A stretch of 64,000 nt of DNA from Azolla caroliniana (lineage: Eukaryota > Plantae > Polypodiophyta), in contig JBHGNT010000017.1 in assembly GCA_043228905.1 (NCBI GenBank), forward strand, positions 15,872,001 through 15,936,000. Direction: 5' to 3'. The position numbers and the translations under genes were made by a program. The notes beneath the pieces are model-generated. The model was not told the origin of the DNA, did not search any database, and worked only from the letters and a program-made list of their open reading frames with translations. Shown here one piece after another: positions 39,626-52,520 of this stretch. Position 1 is the first letter of the stretch. Each line of letters opens with the position of its first letter.

Positions 39626-41750
39626 AATTAGAATTAGAATTTTTATTGTCCACAAAGAGGCCAATTTTGACCTATGGGACCAGAATATACATGTGTTCTT
39701 GATATGTGTCTCCTTAAAAAGGGGTATTCATACATTGAAGCACAAAGTCTCTATGCGTGAATAAGGCATACACATATGAGCTCGGCCTTCTAGATGGTGC
39801 CTTAAGTATGGCACTTCCATGATTATTCTCAAGGTGACCAAATGGTCCATGGTGGAGTGTTTTGGTCTAAATCTTGCTTGCCCAAGTGCTCTTTTGCTTG
39901 TACTTTCAGCCCATGTGCTTATCTTTTGCTCCATAATAGTGCTATATAATTTAGCAATAGCACCATTATTGTACGATAATTTGATACTTGATTTTTATCT
40001 TCGGCTTTAAATTTTGGTTTAATCCAATTCATAAGCCAATCATTTGGAAAACCTTGTTTTATAGCTTTCTTTATAATTGTCATTATCCAATGAGTATGTG
40101 GCCTTGTCCATTTTAAAAGCTCACTTGAAACGTAAGTTATATCTGTTGCTTTCCCACTCACCATCTGTGTTATTCCCTTATTGACATCATCAATATCGAT
40201 ACATGTATTGCATGGTGTTTCAATGTTCTCAACTATAGGAGCCACACCTTCATGCATATACAGCCTTTGTACATATTCTAGTATGTCTTCATTTGTAAAG
40301 TGACCTTTCACATCTTCTTTCTTACCCTTCCCCATGCTAATTTTGGTTTGAGCTTAAACAAGTTTTTCTTTTTCATCTCTTGCATTTGGAAATATCTTCT
40401 TTTCTTTCTCCTCACTACTTTGTTACAAGGAAAACTAGACATCTTATGCCCACCAACATGCCTCTTAAAGTATTGATATCTAACCTTAAGGATGATATGC
40501 TTCAATTGTTTGCCAATTTTCTTTAACATCGTTGCTTAGAGAAAAATTTAACAAATGATTCTCCTCTTCATTTGCATACATCTTAGCTTTTTCGTAGCAA
40601 GGTTAGATAATACATCTCTTTTCCTCTTTCACTCAATGGCCTCTATTGACGAAATGTGGAATTGCAAGCTCTAAGTACAATGGCTTATGGTTGAGTCCGG
40701 AGATAGAGAATCAACTTTAAACACATTCACCAAGGATAGATCACATGCCGACATTAATGCGTAATCAACCACACTTCCTCCACCCAAGGATGGTAAACAT
40801 GTGAGTACATTTGTCAAGGGGAATGCCTTTATACCATTTAAGATAATCATGTTTGTGCAATTAAGCATATGTATCAAAAGTTTCCCATAATCTGACATGA
40901 CACAATCCTCTTGAATCACGCAACAGACAACTTTCTACTATAGTTTCTTCCAATGTCTCCACATTTTGGAATTTTCCAACTCTTGCATTAAATTCTCCCA
41001 TAATTAACACTTTACTAAGCTTCTCAAATGAAAGTATATCATGACATAATTTTGTAAAAGGATCATCACAATCTAACCCAAACCTACAACAATAGTTTGA
41101 GTCTTTGTAAGGAATGTAACATGCAACTATATAGAGCTTCTCTTTCCCCAAATTAACCTCTATCCATAGTATCTCTTATAGTCATCATACTTGCATACTA
41201 TGATAAAATTGTCGAAGCTCTCATCATGATAGATACATGATATACTGGCATGCCTAATATTCCCTTTGGAGTGAGACCATATCGATTTTATGAGGTAACT
41301 GTCTATCTTAGGTATATGTTTTGCTTCATGGTCCCATGTTTCAACCAAAAATATAATATCCATATCATTGAGTCGTAAACCCTTATCCCATGGATATCCT
41401 CTAAAATCTTTCAATCTTGAAGTATTTATAGTCTCATAGGTCATTGCTTCCAATGCATTTTGATTTGTTTTCCTAGATGCATATGCTTGCCTCCTATGTT
41501 TCATTCTCTTGCATACCTCTAATAACAATATTATTCTTTCTTTTTTCGATTTTATATTGCTCTTTTACATCTAACACATCCATTGTATTAGAGTGCCATT
41601 GTGTGATTTTTGGTGTTTCTTTTAAGAGAACATCTTTCCACCTTGTCACGATCACATCTTCCTTCCCTTCAATTGTAGATTTTATTTTAGTAAGGCCAAC
41701 CACAAAGTCTTTCATTAGCAAATGCCTCATTTTAGACAACTAAGACCAAG
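39626..41750 (-). mobile_element. Non-L1 LINE (RTE-X/L2-like architecture), decayed and internally deleted
   Basis: ORF1 motif KRKNNIVIRGMQE; AP-endonuclease motifs DIIFLVETW, IMGEFNARVG, SVVDY; RT start NYRTIMV and QARFRPKHSTMDHLVTLRII. The RT is fused at ~39817 to the element 3' end and the (ATTCTA)n tail. Confidence 0.8.
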
Positions 41751-42955
41751 ATCCTAAGATGGAATACTTACATCTTGGACCTTTAAATTAGGCAAGAGTT
41801 AAGCTTGGAGAGTTAGAGAGAGAGGTTTAAGGAAGCATTAGGCTCTCTAGAAATGAGGAAATCTAGAGGAAATATCCAACAAAGTCAAAAAGTATCCTTC
41901 GTAGTCTTCTTAGTGTTTTGGCCTTCTCAAACACTCTCGTCTTTTTCTTTTCTAGTCACTTCTTCCTTGTCACCTAGGTTACTAAAGTTCTTTGCTATGT
42001 CATTGAAGTGTACGGGTTGATCATGATTGATCATTTATGTATATATCAAAGAGAAGTATGCCAAACACATTCAATTTTCAAGATGAGATCTATCCTAATG
42101 TTCAAGTTAGTAAGGTGCTAATCCACTTTCAAAAGTTTCCACTTTCTCACTACAAATCTTCAATCGTGATAAAAACACTACGTTTTCATTGTCCAATCTT
42201 CAATACAAGGCCGAGTGACAATTTACCAACTCTTTAGTTCATCAACATCATAATGGAAGCTTCCACATGATTTTTGGAATGACCATAATGTTCAAATTCT
42301 AAACTTCTTAATTAGGTGGATGTGATGAACAAGGAAATATGGGGGGCATTATGGGCATAAAAATCAAATCAAAGAATCTTACTTAGTTTGGAGGGGGGCT
42401 ACGTGTCAAGTCAAACCAAATCCTATTGATTTTATGTTAGCTAAATTTAAAACATGAGTAAAGATTTGTTCGATGAATGTGTGTTGTGTGATTTGATTGT
42501 TGATAGAGCTCGATTCTTGACACAACAAAAAATACATAAACGTGTAGTGTATGTAAATAATCATCATTGTCATGCTGGCAATTATGTGATACACATGCAA
42601 CATATTCACCTACGAGACAAAGTCGGGGGCAATTGCATGAATGGAATAGAATGGTTTCTTTCTATGATATCATGACCCCAAGTAATATATCGTCAAGAGG
42701 CCCACACCAGAGGATTGTGAGATGAGAGAACGATTGGAATCGAAAACATGTGTTATGTTGTTGATATGTCTGATACAATGAAGTGAAATGAATGACCTAT
42801 CACACATTCTTCCAAAGATGGTTGCGTCCAATCCAATCGAATGTCTTGCTTTTCCATCACTTAAGTTGCTTCCTTAAGTGTGATGGCTTAAGGACCCTTT
42901 TAATAAGGGCTATAATTTAGAATATATAAGGAAAAATGGTTTATTGTTAATAAAT

Positions 42956-43028
42956 GGTCCTATGGCCCAATGGATAAGGCGCTGGTCTACGAAACCAGAG
43001 ATTCCAGGTTCGACCCCTGGTAGGATCG
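42956..43028 (+). tRNA. tRNA-Arg (anticodon ACG)
   Basis: 73 nt. Acceptor stem GGTCCTA/TAGGATC, anticodon arm CTGGT-CTACGAA-ACCAG, T arm CCAGG-TTCGACC-CCTGG, no encoded CCA. Confidence 0.97.
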
Positions 43029-43032
43029 TTCC

Positions 43033-43038
43033 TTTTTT
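43033..43038 (+). terminator. RNA polymerase III terminator (T6) of tRNA-Arg
   Basis: TTTTTT starts 5 nt after the tRNA discriminator base. Confidence 0.8.
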
Positions 43039-44401
43039 ACGTGATGAATTTTTGTTCTGTTTCATTCTCGCCTTCTTTTTTAAAGCTTTTTTGCATGGTA
43101 ATCCGGCCATGTTGCATTCTTCCATGTTTGCCTACTATTCTAGGGTTTCCTAGTTCCTATCTAGTACTCTAGGGATTCCCATTTACTATCATCTTGGGTA
43201 TTTCTTACTCTTTTTCTTCAAACTACATGTCTAGCAAATAGGTTAAATGAATGGATAGTGGTTCTACACCCCATCCTCTCGTATTTGAACCTGCTCCAGT
43301 GGGAATAATCTGATCTCATGTTTACAAGTTCTATGTGTATATATATATATATAATATATACATATCACCACATTTTCACATGTTTTTGGGCTGAGTTTCC
43401 GGAACCTTTTATCAATCTCCTACACTCATCTTGCTCTTGTCCAAGCTCATCGTTAATGTACTAATAAACAAGCATGCATGGTACGGTATGCACATGGCAC
43501 TCACCACATCCATTACCATATACACTTCATTCTATGACAATAATGAATAATAAACCATCAGATTTGTGTATATCAAGATTGTTTCTCAAGCCGTATTAAA
43601 ACTGAATCGATTCTGAATGGTGCCGTATAGTAGCATCAATAATCATAGAAAATAGTTCGATACCTACACCTCTCACATTTGCTAACAGCACATTTAAGTC
43701 TACATACAGAAATGCCTATGTTTGGAGGTGAGTTATGTGGCATAATCACAATTCACAAGATGGATCATCCTCCCCATTGCATGCATGTGTAGAAAGAGAC
43801 AGAGGGAAAGGAAAGTCTGATTTTTTTAATTCCTTCAAATAATACTATGAGAAAAATACAACAATATCTCTTCTCCAAAATGCTGGTTATGCATATCGAG
43901 CGCAGACTTGTAAATAAAATAGTTGCTGAACTTTGGCTTTTGCTTCTCTTATAAATTACATCAGAAGGCACCAAAATATTCAAAGAACTTGTGTTGGATG
44001 TATGCCCTTAACAAAGATGCAGATGTGCGCTGAGATCTCATGTTTTTACAGCTCTTTTTTGCACTTGGGAAAAGAAACCTTATGCATATCCCATGTATCA
44101 TGTAACATCACACTTTCCAAGTCACCAACCTACATCATCAACAGATTCACATTCAGTCTCCACAGAATTATCGAATGTATTTAACAAGAGTTTGTTTTCT
44201 TGTGATGATCATCAACATCTTCAAACAAAACAAGAAATTCTGTTTAAAAAGAGAACATTTTTAATTTGTGGGTTGACTTGGTATATTGATATATAGCAAG
44301 TCAACAACATTATGTGTAATATGTACCTTCTTCACAAACCCGATATGCACATGTTGTGTATCATGTCGATGCCTTTTTCTTGATATCAGTTTATATGAAT
44401 C

Positions 44402-47400
44402 TTAAAGATACAAGGAATTTGAGAACATTATCCCTCTCCGAATGCTCTCACTTCCTGCAGCAAATTTTTCTTCTAATCCACTGTCACCAATAGCGTGGGA
44501 AGCTTCACGGAGCTAAATAAAAGCAAAAAATGAATAGGACCATATATGTAAGCCCATTTCATTTATCCAACTAAAAAAGAAGGTTAACTAGATGATGCTA
44601 CAAGAAGAAAAACTCATGTGGTAATAAACCTGGTTCAAAAACTCTTCCAGCCTCCTTGCAACACGAATTATACTACCTTCGAAAATATCGGTTAACGCAC
44701 ATATTTCTCCAAATGTTGCCCCCTGTTATAGACAAAACAAATACAAGTACAAGACAAACCTTTTAAAATGGAATGCAGGAAGGTTGAGAAAAAGGCATGT
44801 TCATCAAAGAAAAAGCAGATGCAAGCAGTGCACTAAACCAAGAAACTAACTCACTTTTGACCAACTGTAGATAACGTCCATTAGGAAAGGTCGAAAAGCT
44901 TGCACATACTCTTCTGTATCAATTTCAAGTTTGCATTCTCGTTGAATCTTTGGCAAGTGATGCATATACCATATATAATACATTAGAACCAAAACCTCAA
45001 AAACAATACAAGCAAAAAACTAAATATACCTCTCAACCAACATATGTACATACCTCTGCAATCTTTCTAGCAGTGTCTTGCATACTTCTCAAAGGCAGTG
45101 CGAGCTCATTCTTCAAATGAACCTGTTCATTAGACTTCTCCAGTGGGAGAAAACAGCTAGAAAGAGCTACAAGTTGATGGTGATCAAGTTCATTAAACAA
45201 ACCTGTTTCATGAGGTTACCCTGGTTAGAGGTTAAAACCTAAAAGAGAACAATAATAGCTCCAAGTGAATAACTCTGGAAATGTCCCTACTTTTTTATCC
45301 TTATTTTCCCAAATGCCCCAAAGCTTTCATCATTTCCTCAAATGTCATTCTTCAACAGCCAAAAGAGCAATTATATATGCTATTGGCACAAATATAGGGT
45401 TAATAAATCCCTATTTCTCAATGATATATGGTATTTGAGCAATTTATATGGCCACTTCATCTCCCTCTTCTCGATCATACATTATCAATTCAGCCCTTTT
45501 TCTTCTCTGTAAGGGGTTTTCGTCATGGGAAAAAACGAAAATTTAGGTGCATTTGGGGAAATATAGAGAAACTGGGATATTTCTGAATTTTCCCAAGTTT
45601 CTGTATGTATATTCTTTTCAAATCCGCATATTACCATTGAACATGAGTTCTGTAACAAGGAGTTCATCTGCTGTATCAATAAAGCATGCAGCACGCCCCT
45701 TTAACTGAACTACACCATCAGCATTAATATGACCAAGGCGCTTCAAGACCCTTGAACGGTTTCTAAGTTCTTCTCTAAACTTGTGTAGCTGCACAAAAAG
45801 TTTAAGAATTAAATATATATATATATATTAAATCATTAATTCATCGTTAAAAGATTGGTGAGAAAACCAGATAAAGCTTAATCTAACAAAACCTGTGAAT
45901 CTCTCATGCTCAATTTTAGTTTTTGGGCTTCAGTTGTAAGATGTGCCTTCTTTTGGTAGAGAGAGTAATAATCAGTTTCCTGTTCAGTCTGCACCAGAGA
46001 GAGAATACATATATACAGCGTGATTAATTTTCAATCCAAATTTCAGAAAATCTTACAGTAACCGTAGTAATTAAATTTAGAACCTTAAATAATGGATGTG
46101 CCAGCAATTTCTGCTCCTGTTCTTCAATTTCTTGCACTATCTTCAAAAAATCTGGATCATCGATCTTCATGTCCTGAAATGTAGATGTAGATGTAGATGT
46201 AGATGTAGATGTAGATGTAGATGTAGACGTAGACATAGACGTACATGTACATGTACATGTATATGTATATGTATACATATATTAGGCAACTAACAGAATA
46301 AAAGAGATGCATTCAACTAACCTCGATAGGATCAAGCTTAGGTAGACCATCAGGAAACCGTCTCTCCAGCTCCTGAATTGCCATAAGAACACTCTGACGA
46401 GCCTCAGCTGGCCGCAGATCATCTGGAACAGATACTCTTACAGAGCTGACTGCGCAAATTAAGCCCATTTGCACAGGTATCTAGAGGAAAGAATGCATAA
46501 AACTTATGTGAATTCTATGTTAAATATAATCAGAAGAACAAAAGAACCAAACCTTACCACTTGCATTTCACCCTTCTCTCCCTTGAGACATGGCTTGGGC
46601 TTTTGTCTGGGTCCATCTTGGACTATAGTTGATGAGCAATGAAGCAACGTATCCACCAAGTAAAAGCTAGACCTTGGACTCATCAAAATTGAAGAGGGTA
46701 GGTTACCCTGTCCAGCTGGTTGCTTCTTCACAACATGGACAACTACACCCCATCCCCAATTATCTGCCCCATCTCTGATCTTGACCTATAGAAGAAATGT
46801 ATCAATATTTTAACCTGTAAAGAAGAGTGGTCCTCTAAAGAACTGACAGAAAACATGACATAAAGATAAAGCAATAAAGGTCCAGAAAAACACGGGCCGT
46901 TACATTCCAAAGACGTCTCGGAGATCGCAGGTAATCCAGGAGGGAGTTTTTTCACATCCCATATAATGAGTGTCCAGAGGCCAATAACCCAGGATTCAAC
47001 CACAGTATGATGGATATTTTGATTATCATTAAAAAAGAACCCATCTGACAATGGTGAATGACTTTCTAACTATATTGGAACCACAAAAATAACCAAATGA
47101 GTTTTATGAGTAATGAGGTCATTAAAGGCTCACAAGTTGGAAGTAGAAAACATGACTATTAGTATAAATGACATTTTGCCATTTCGAATACCAGCAAGGA
47201 ATAAGTTAAAACCTTCTGTTTAAATTTAATTTTTGACCTTTTGGCTACAGCAAACCCTGATACAATTCCAAGCTTTCCACTCAAATTATCACCACAAAAA
47301 TATTCCAGGTTGACATTTCCGGTACTATGAGTTTCAAATCTTTTATTAAGCAAGTTTCAGCCATTGCTGGAAGGATATCATTCAAAAAAAAATCCAACTT

Positions 47401-50400
47401 ACATTTGAAGTGCTAACAGCTATTGCAGTATGTAGAGCTGTCTATTGCTCTTACATATTTGTATTGGTTTGCCACAAAATCATCCTACCCAAAAAACATT
47501 AGCATATCAATATTGCATACCAGCCTGCCCGGAGCCAAGAAGATTAATATGCGTTCTGGCCGTAAAATCTCAGACATCATCTGCTTCTCCAATTGAACAA
47601 TTCTTAGCCTTAATCGATGGTACTCTGCAACAGAATCCTAATATAACACAATGATCCTACATTATTTTCACATTACAACTGTGATATTAATCTACAAAAA
47701 GAATATGTGCAGATACCTTTCTATGGATGCAGAACATTTGTGTGCATACACACTACCGATAAATAACTTTAACATACCTCTCCGGCTGCATCAAGGCTGG
47801 CTGCTTCATGTTCTAATTTTGATACTTTTTCCTCAACATCTGGTAAAGCCTGTACAATGAAAAAGGAAGATTGACCTTTTATTACAATCCACAAGAATGC
47901 AAAATGTTATAAAATAAAAGTGAAATATACCAATCGATACCTTGTCATGCTGAAACTGGTGAAAAGAGTGCTTTATTACATATTCAGCATCAAACTGACC
48001 CTCTGCTCGGCTCATCAAGTTCAAAATTGTGTAGTAGCTTAGACGGAATGTGCTAAGTAATGGGGCAGGTTTTCCTAATACAAGCTCTTTACAGGTATTC
48101 ATATCCATCTAAGTCCAGGGAAAGTGTCAAGATGTTAGCTTGATTTATAAATGGCATTAGTTAAATTACAGGTCACCGTATATTGTATGCTGAAAAGAGA
48201 GTAAAATGCAGCAAAATAAAGAACCCTGGAAAAACTTTTAGAGAGAATGAAGAAAATTACAAACAAAATAAAAATATTTGAGACACTGGAAACAAGAACA
48301 AAACCAGAATAACGGCAGAGAAAGGTAATTTAAAATCATTTTGTCTTGAGGAAGACAGAGAATCACGATGATTCACATTGATTGGGACAAGAACCTATTC
48401 CAGTTGATAGAAATATGCTCATATCTATATGCATTATTTTCAAGAGTATTAACTTATTTATATTCCTAAATAATGTAAATCATTTTCCTCGGACATTCTG
48501 TTGTTTAGCCTACAACTTGGTAGCTGCGTGCAAATTCAAAAGTAATAATGCATATTTTCCAGCTACTTTGTTTCTTGTGTTACATGTACTGATTTACATA
48601 TGCCAAATTTCTGTAGCAACTGTTCAAACAAAACATGAATTAAGAATTAGGATAATACAGTAATAAATGTCAATCCATAAGACTTTCTCAAATACAAGTT
48701 TAGCTAATAAGATTCTTGACTTTAAACATGTATAAATTTAAGAAGGAAAAACATGTATAAAATGCGCTCATTGAACATGAATGATTTGATAGAAAATGCA
48801 ATATGAATACCTGTTCATCGACCATCATTATAGATATACCACGTTCATCCTTGCCACGTCGCCCAGCTCTCCCACTCATCTGCAAATTTGAATAAATCAC
48901 TTTTCTCTTGAATCATATGTAGTTTCGTAAAAGTTGTATTCTAGATCAAACATATTTCTATGCCTGGATATACTCTCCGGATGACATCCAGCGATGAGCA
49001 TCCCCGTCCCATTTCCGAACAGCTGTGAATACAACAGTCTTGGCAGGCATATTCAAACCCATTGCAAACTGTACACATATAATCGGTTTCTTAAGAAAAT
49101 GATTCATGGCTATTTTCATGTGACATCAATACTGCTGAAATGTGATCCCACCGTTTCTGTTGCAAAGAGTGCCTTTATCAACCCTTCTTGGAACAAAATC
49201 TCCACAACCTCTTTAACAATGGGGAGTAGACCTGAATGATGCATTGCTATTCCCCTTTGGAGGAGAGGTAATATCGATTTGATGGGAAGCAACTCTCTGT
49301 CTTCTTCACTAAGGCATTGTATTGCATTTGTGAACACATCATTCACTATAGATTTTTCATCTTCAGAATTGAAATCCAGTTTTGGCATAGATGTAGCATA
49401 TTGCTCACATTCACGTCGGCTGAAACTGAAGACAATGACTGGGTGGAATTTCCTTTCCTTTATCATCTGCAATAACAAATTCTCTCTTTTCATTTTGTCT
49501 CCTTCTATTAGAAAAACAGGGCTTGCCAAAACTGTTCACCACAAAATCTTTATTCATCTCATTAAAGAGGGAGGAGTGCAAGTCCATGGTAGGTAGGTTT
49601 GATCCTAATGTGTTATAAATATGACAAATTAGTATACCAATGTTCTTTAGATCAACCTCAAAGCAGTCTTAAGATAATGAAGTTAAGCCTCTTTAGTATT
49701 TTCTGGATACCTACATGACTCTCGTCATATAATCTAGAAGCATGTACTAAATACAATGCATGAAGAATAATTTGCAGCAGAAATAGCATAGGAACCATGG
49801 CATTTATTAACAGAACATTATTATATTACTTAAGCACAAGCATCCCGCGAGGAGGTGCAGGACAGTGAAAATCAACCATTACATAAAACGAACACTCTAA
49901 TAGGAGATTAACAAAGAAGAATTTATTTCACAGAGAATGACCCAACCTTCACAATTTTTGATACGTCCATCTCTGATTCACCTCTGGCTTTTGATCCTTT
50001 CCCACCTTTTCCTTTTGCCGTTTTCCCACTTACAACAGGCGAGGAGAAACTATCCCCTTGACCTGAAGCGCCATCCTTATCGAAAGATATAACGAGTTTC
50101 TTGAAATTATCTTCTCGGAACTGACCCTTCTCGTCCACAATCAAGTATAGACCAGACCCTCCCACAGGAAATGCATAGTGTTGCAATGGTGTAGGTCTGA
50201 AATCAGTATATACCACATGGCATGGTTTCTTATGCAAATAAGATATCCACTCTGCGAATTCTGTTGCATTCGATAATGTCGCAGATAAAAAAACCATCTT
50301 AATCTCTGAAGGCAAGAATATAATGGTTTCTTCCCAAACAACGCCTCTTTCTCTATCTCTCATATAATGAATTTCATCAAAAATTACCCAAGCTACTTCT

Positions 50401-51089
50401 TTTAAGACCTCTGATCCTCTATAAAGCATACCTCTGAGAATCTCTGTTGTCATAACTATACATGTTGCATTTGGAGCTATGGAAACATCACCTGTCATCA
50501 GACCCACATCACTAAACTCTTCATTAAGCTCTCTATACTTCTGGTTACTCAGAGCCTTGAGGGGAGAAGTATATATAACTCTCTGACGCTCTCTGAAAGA
50601 CATGGCTATAGCATATTCAGCTATGGCCGTCTTTCCTGCCGATGTGTGAGCAGAGACTAAGACTGATTCTTTCCTTTCAAGACAAGCGATGGCGATTTCT
50701 TGGAATGGATCTAAAGTGAAAGGATAAGGTTTCGCGGGAACACCTGAGTAGATGGGAGATTCAATAGTTCCATGGGTTTCATCTGTGCATACATAGCCAG
50801 GTGGAATGGCGACCTCGTGAACACAAGATCGAGGATTTACGAAGACGCTTCTACGCTTCGAGATCTCTGCATTTTCTGCAGAGTTTTCTTCTGCAGACAC
50901 AGACTCCGTGTTCTTTCTCTTCTTGGGAAGAGCTCTGTCAGGTGATAACGTTTCCGTGCCTGTGGCCACGGCAGTGGTGGTCATGGTGGAGATGTCTGCA
51001 ACTGTCTCTGAGTTTTCTGGCTTACCGTCCGGCGATAATCTGTCCATAGGTCTGGCGATGGCGATCTCGCCTTCTTCGCAGGAGCTCAT
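44402..51089 (-). CDS. HEN2: DExH-box RNA helicase HEN2 (DExH10; Mtr4/Ski2 family nucleoplasmic exosome cofactor), 16 exons
   Basis: Exons on the minus strand: 51089-49947, 49466-49152, 49068-48964, 48879-48811, 48108-47941, 47849-47778, 47637-47521, 46785-46558, 46480-46322, 46173-46084, 45988-45893, 45788-45635, 45202-45054, 44947-44855, 44722-44630, 44512-44402, all in frame. Motifs [25 protein letters not shown] and C-terminal [35 protein letters not shown] is, from recall, HEN2-type rather than MTR4-type. Confidence 0.93.
45278..45583. mobile_element. Old MITE-like fold-back in HEN2 intron 12
   Basis: Degenerate ~55-bp inverted arms (GAAATGTCCC..TTCCCAAATGCCCC / GGTGCATTTGGGGAA..GGGATATTTC). 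A related fragment lies at ~34860-34930. No clean TSD. Confidence 0.5.
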
Positions 51090-51157
51090 GTCAGAAAACC
51101 CACCCAAACAGAGAGGAAGCCAGTAGAACAATGAAGATTCAAAAAAAACAGAGAAGA

Positions 51158-51390
51158 GAAACCCTAACCCTAGATAGAGACAAAAACCCTAAACCTGATC
51201 AAGCATAAAACCCTAACCCTGATCCTGAACAGAGAGAGAGAAACCTAACCCTGACACTGGGCAGAAACAAAACCAAAATCCTGGCCCTGCACAGAGACAA
51301 AACCCTAACCCTAACAGAGAATCAAAGAACCCTAACCCTAACAGGGAATCAAAGAACCCTAAACCCTAACAGATAGGAGGAAACCCTAAA
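51158..51390. promoter_or_regulatory. Cluster of telomere-like motifs (telo-box AAACCCTA and CCCTAA) in the HEN2 leader region
   Basis: About ten CCCTAA motifs, partly in a 27-bp unit AACCCTAACCCTAACAGRGAATCAAAG. They lie between a minus-strand donor (AAT|GTAAGT at 51407) and the ATG at 51089. Confidence 0.65.
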
Positions 51391-52244
51391 TCTGAGCTCA
51401 CACTTACATTTTGGAGGTTTCCGTGGCGTGGCGTGCCGCCGCCTGCCGTCGCCGGATCCGCGTCTCGGAGCTTCCGGAAAGAAAAGAAAAAAGAAAAAAT
51501 TTCACGTTTCCGGAAAGTTCCGGTCACACCCGAGAACCGAAGCAACGAACGGATTTGAGACGGCATCTCGATAGAAACATACACAGAATTGAAAGAAGAT
51601 ATCACGGATCTGTAAATTTCTTCATTCGCTTGATCAACAGAAGAATCCCATCATGTTTGATCGAGAGGACGTGACGTTTTGACATCTGGTTTTTGGTTAG
51701 TTGGCCCGATTTTTCCGATAGTCGATGATAACTATGTATTGTGAATTCATACGTGTCTGGAAACGCATGAATTCATACTCCTCCCAGTGTTTTTTTTACT
51801 ACTACCGTTGCCGAGAAGGACTCTGGAGAAACCGAGAGAGTCGGGGTTTTTGGATAGTGACAGCTCTAGGACAGACAACAAACATTACCAGGAAAACCCA
51901 TCATTGAAGCTTTGCGTTGAAGTCACAAAACACACATAAAGGCGGAAAAAAAAAGGACAAATACAAGAAACTCAAAGAAAAGGAGGAAAGCTTGAAGAGA
52001 TTTAGGGAAAAAAGGTGAATCGGATACCCTTCAAGATACTAGACCCAAGACGACTTGTTTGATTATCCAAGGATGTGACCTTCGAGTTTGAAAGGTTGTG
52101 TAGAAGTAAAAGTATCAACACACCTACCACAAAGTAGAGGGGTTAACCTTAGTGTAGATAAATAGGACTTTAGACGGTGGAGAGTTTGCGTGGATTCAGT
52201 TGAGAGAATGGGACAGGTGTATCAGACTAAATTGGGGTTGTGTG

Positions 52245-52520
52245 TAACAATCAACAACGGTTTGGTTTGAAATGAACCGAACCGTGAAAACTTGGCTTAT
52301 CGGTTCAGGTTCATATTCAAGTTTTTTTAAACGATTTAGTTCGGTTTCAATAGTTAGAAACCGTGGTAATGGTTCGGTTCGGTTCAAGTTCAAGTTTTTT
52401 TATATGATTCAGTTCAGTTTCAATAGTTAGAAACCGCGGTAATGGTTTAGTTCAGGTTTAGGTTCAAGTTTTTTAAAATGATTCAATTCAGTTTCAATAG
52501 TTAGAAACTGCAGTTTAACG
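52245..52520 (+). mobile_element. hAT-related end fragment with ~75-bp tandem subrepeats
   Basis: Starts AATCAACAACGGTTTGGTTT, similar to the TIR at 21957 (AATCAGCAACGGTTCGGTTT). Three copies of GTTTCAATAGTTAGAAAC. Confidence 0.55.

Noticed and set aside
51090-51131. N-terminal extension of the HEN2 ORF in the ORF track
   Set aside because: It starts at a non-ATG codon. The first ATG is at 51089.
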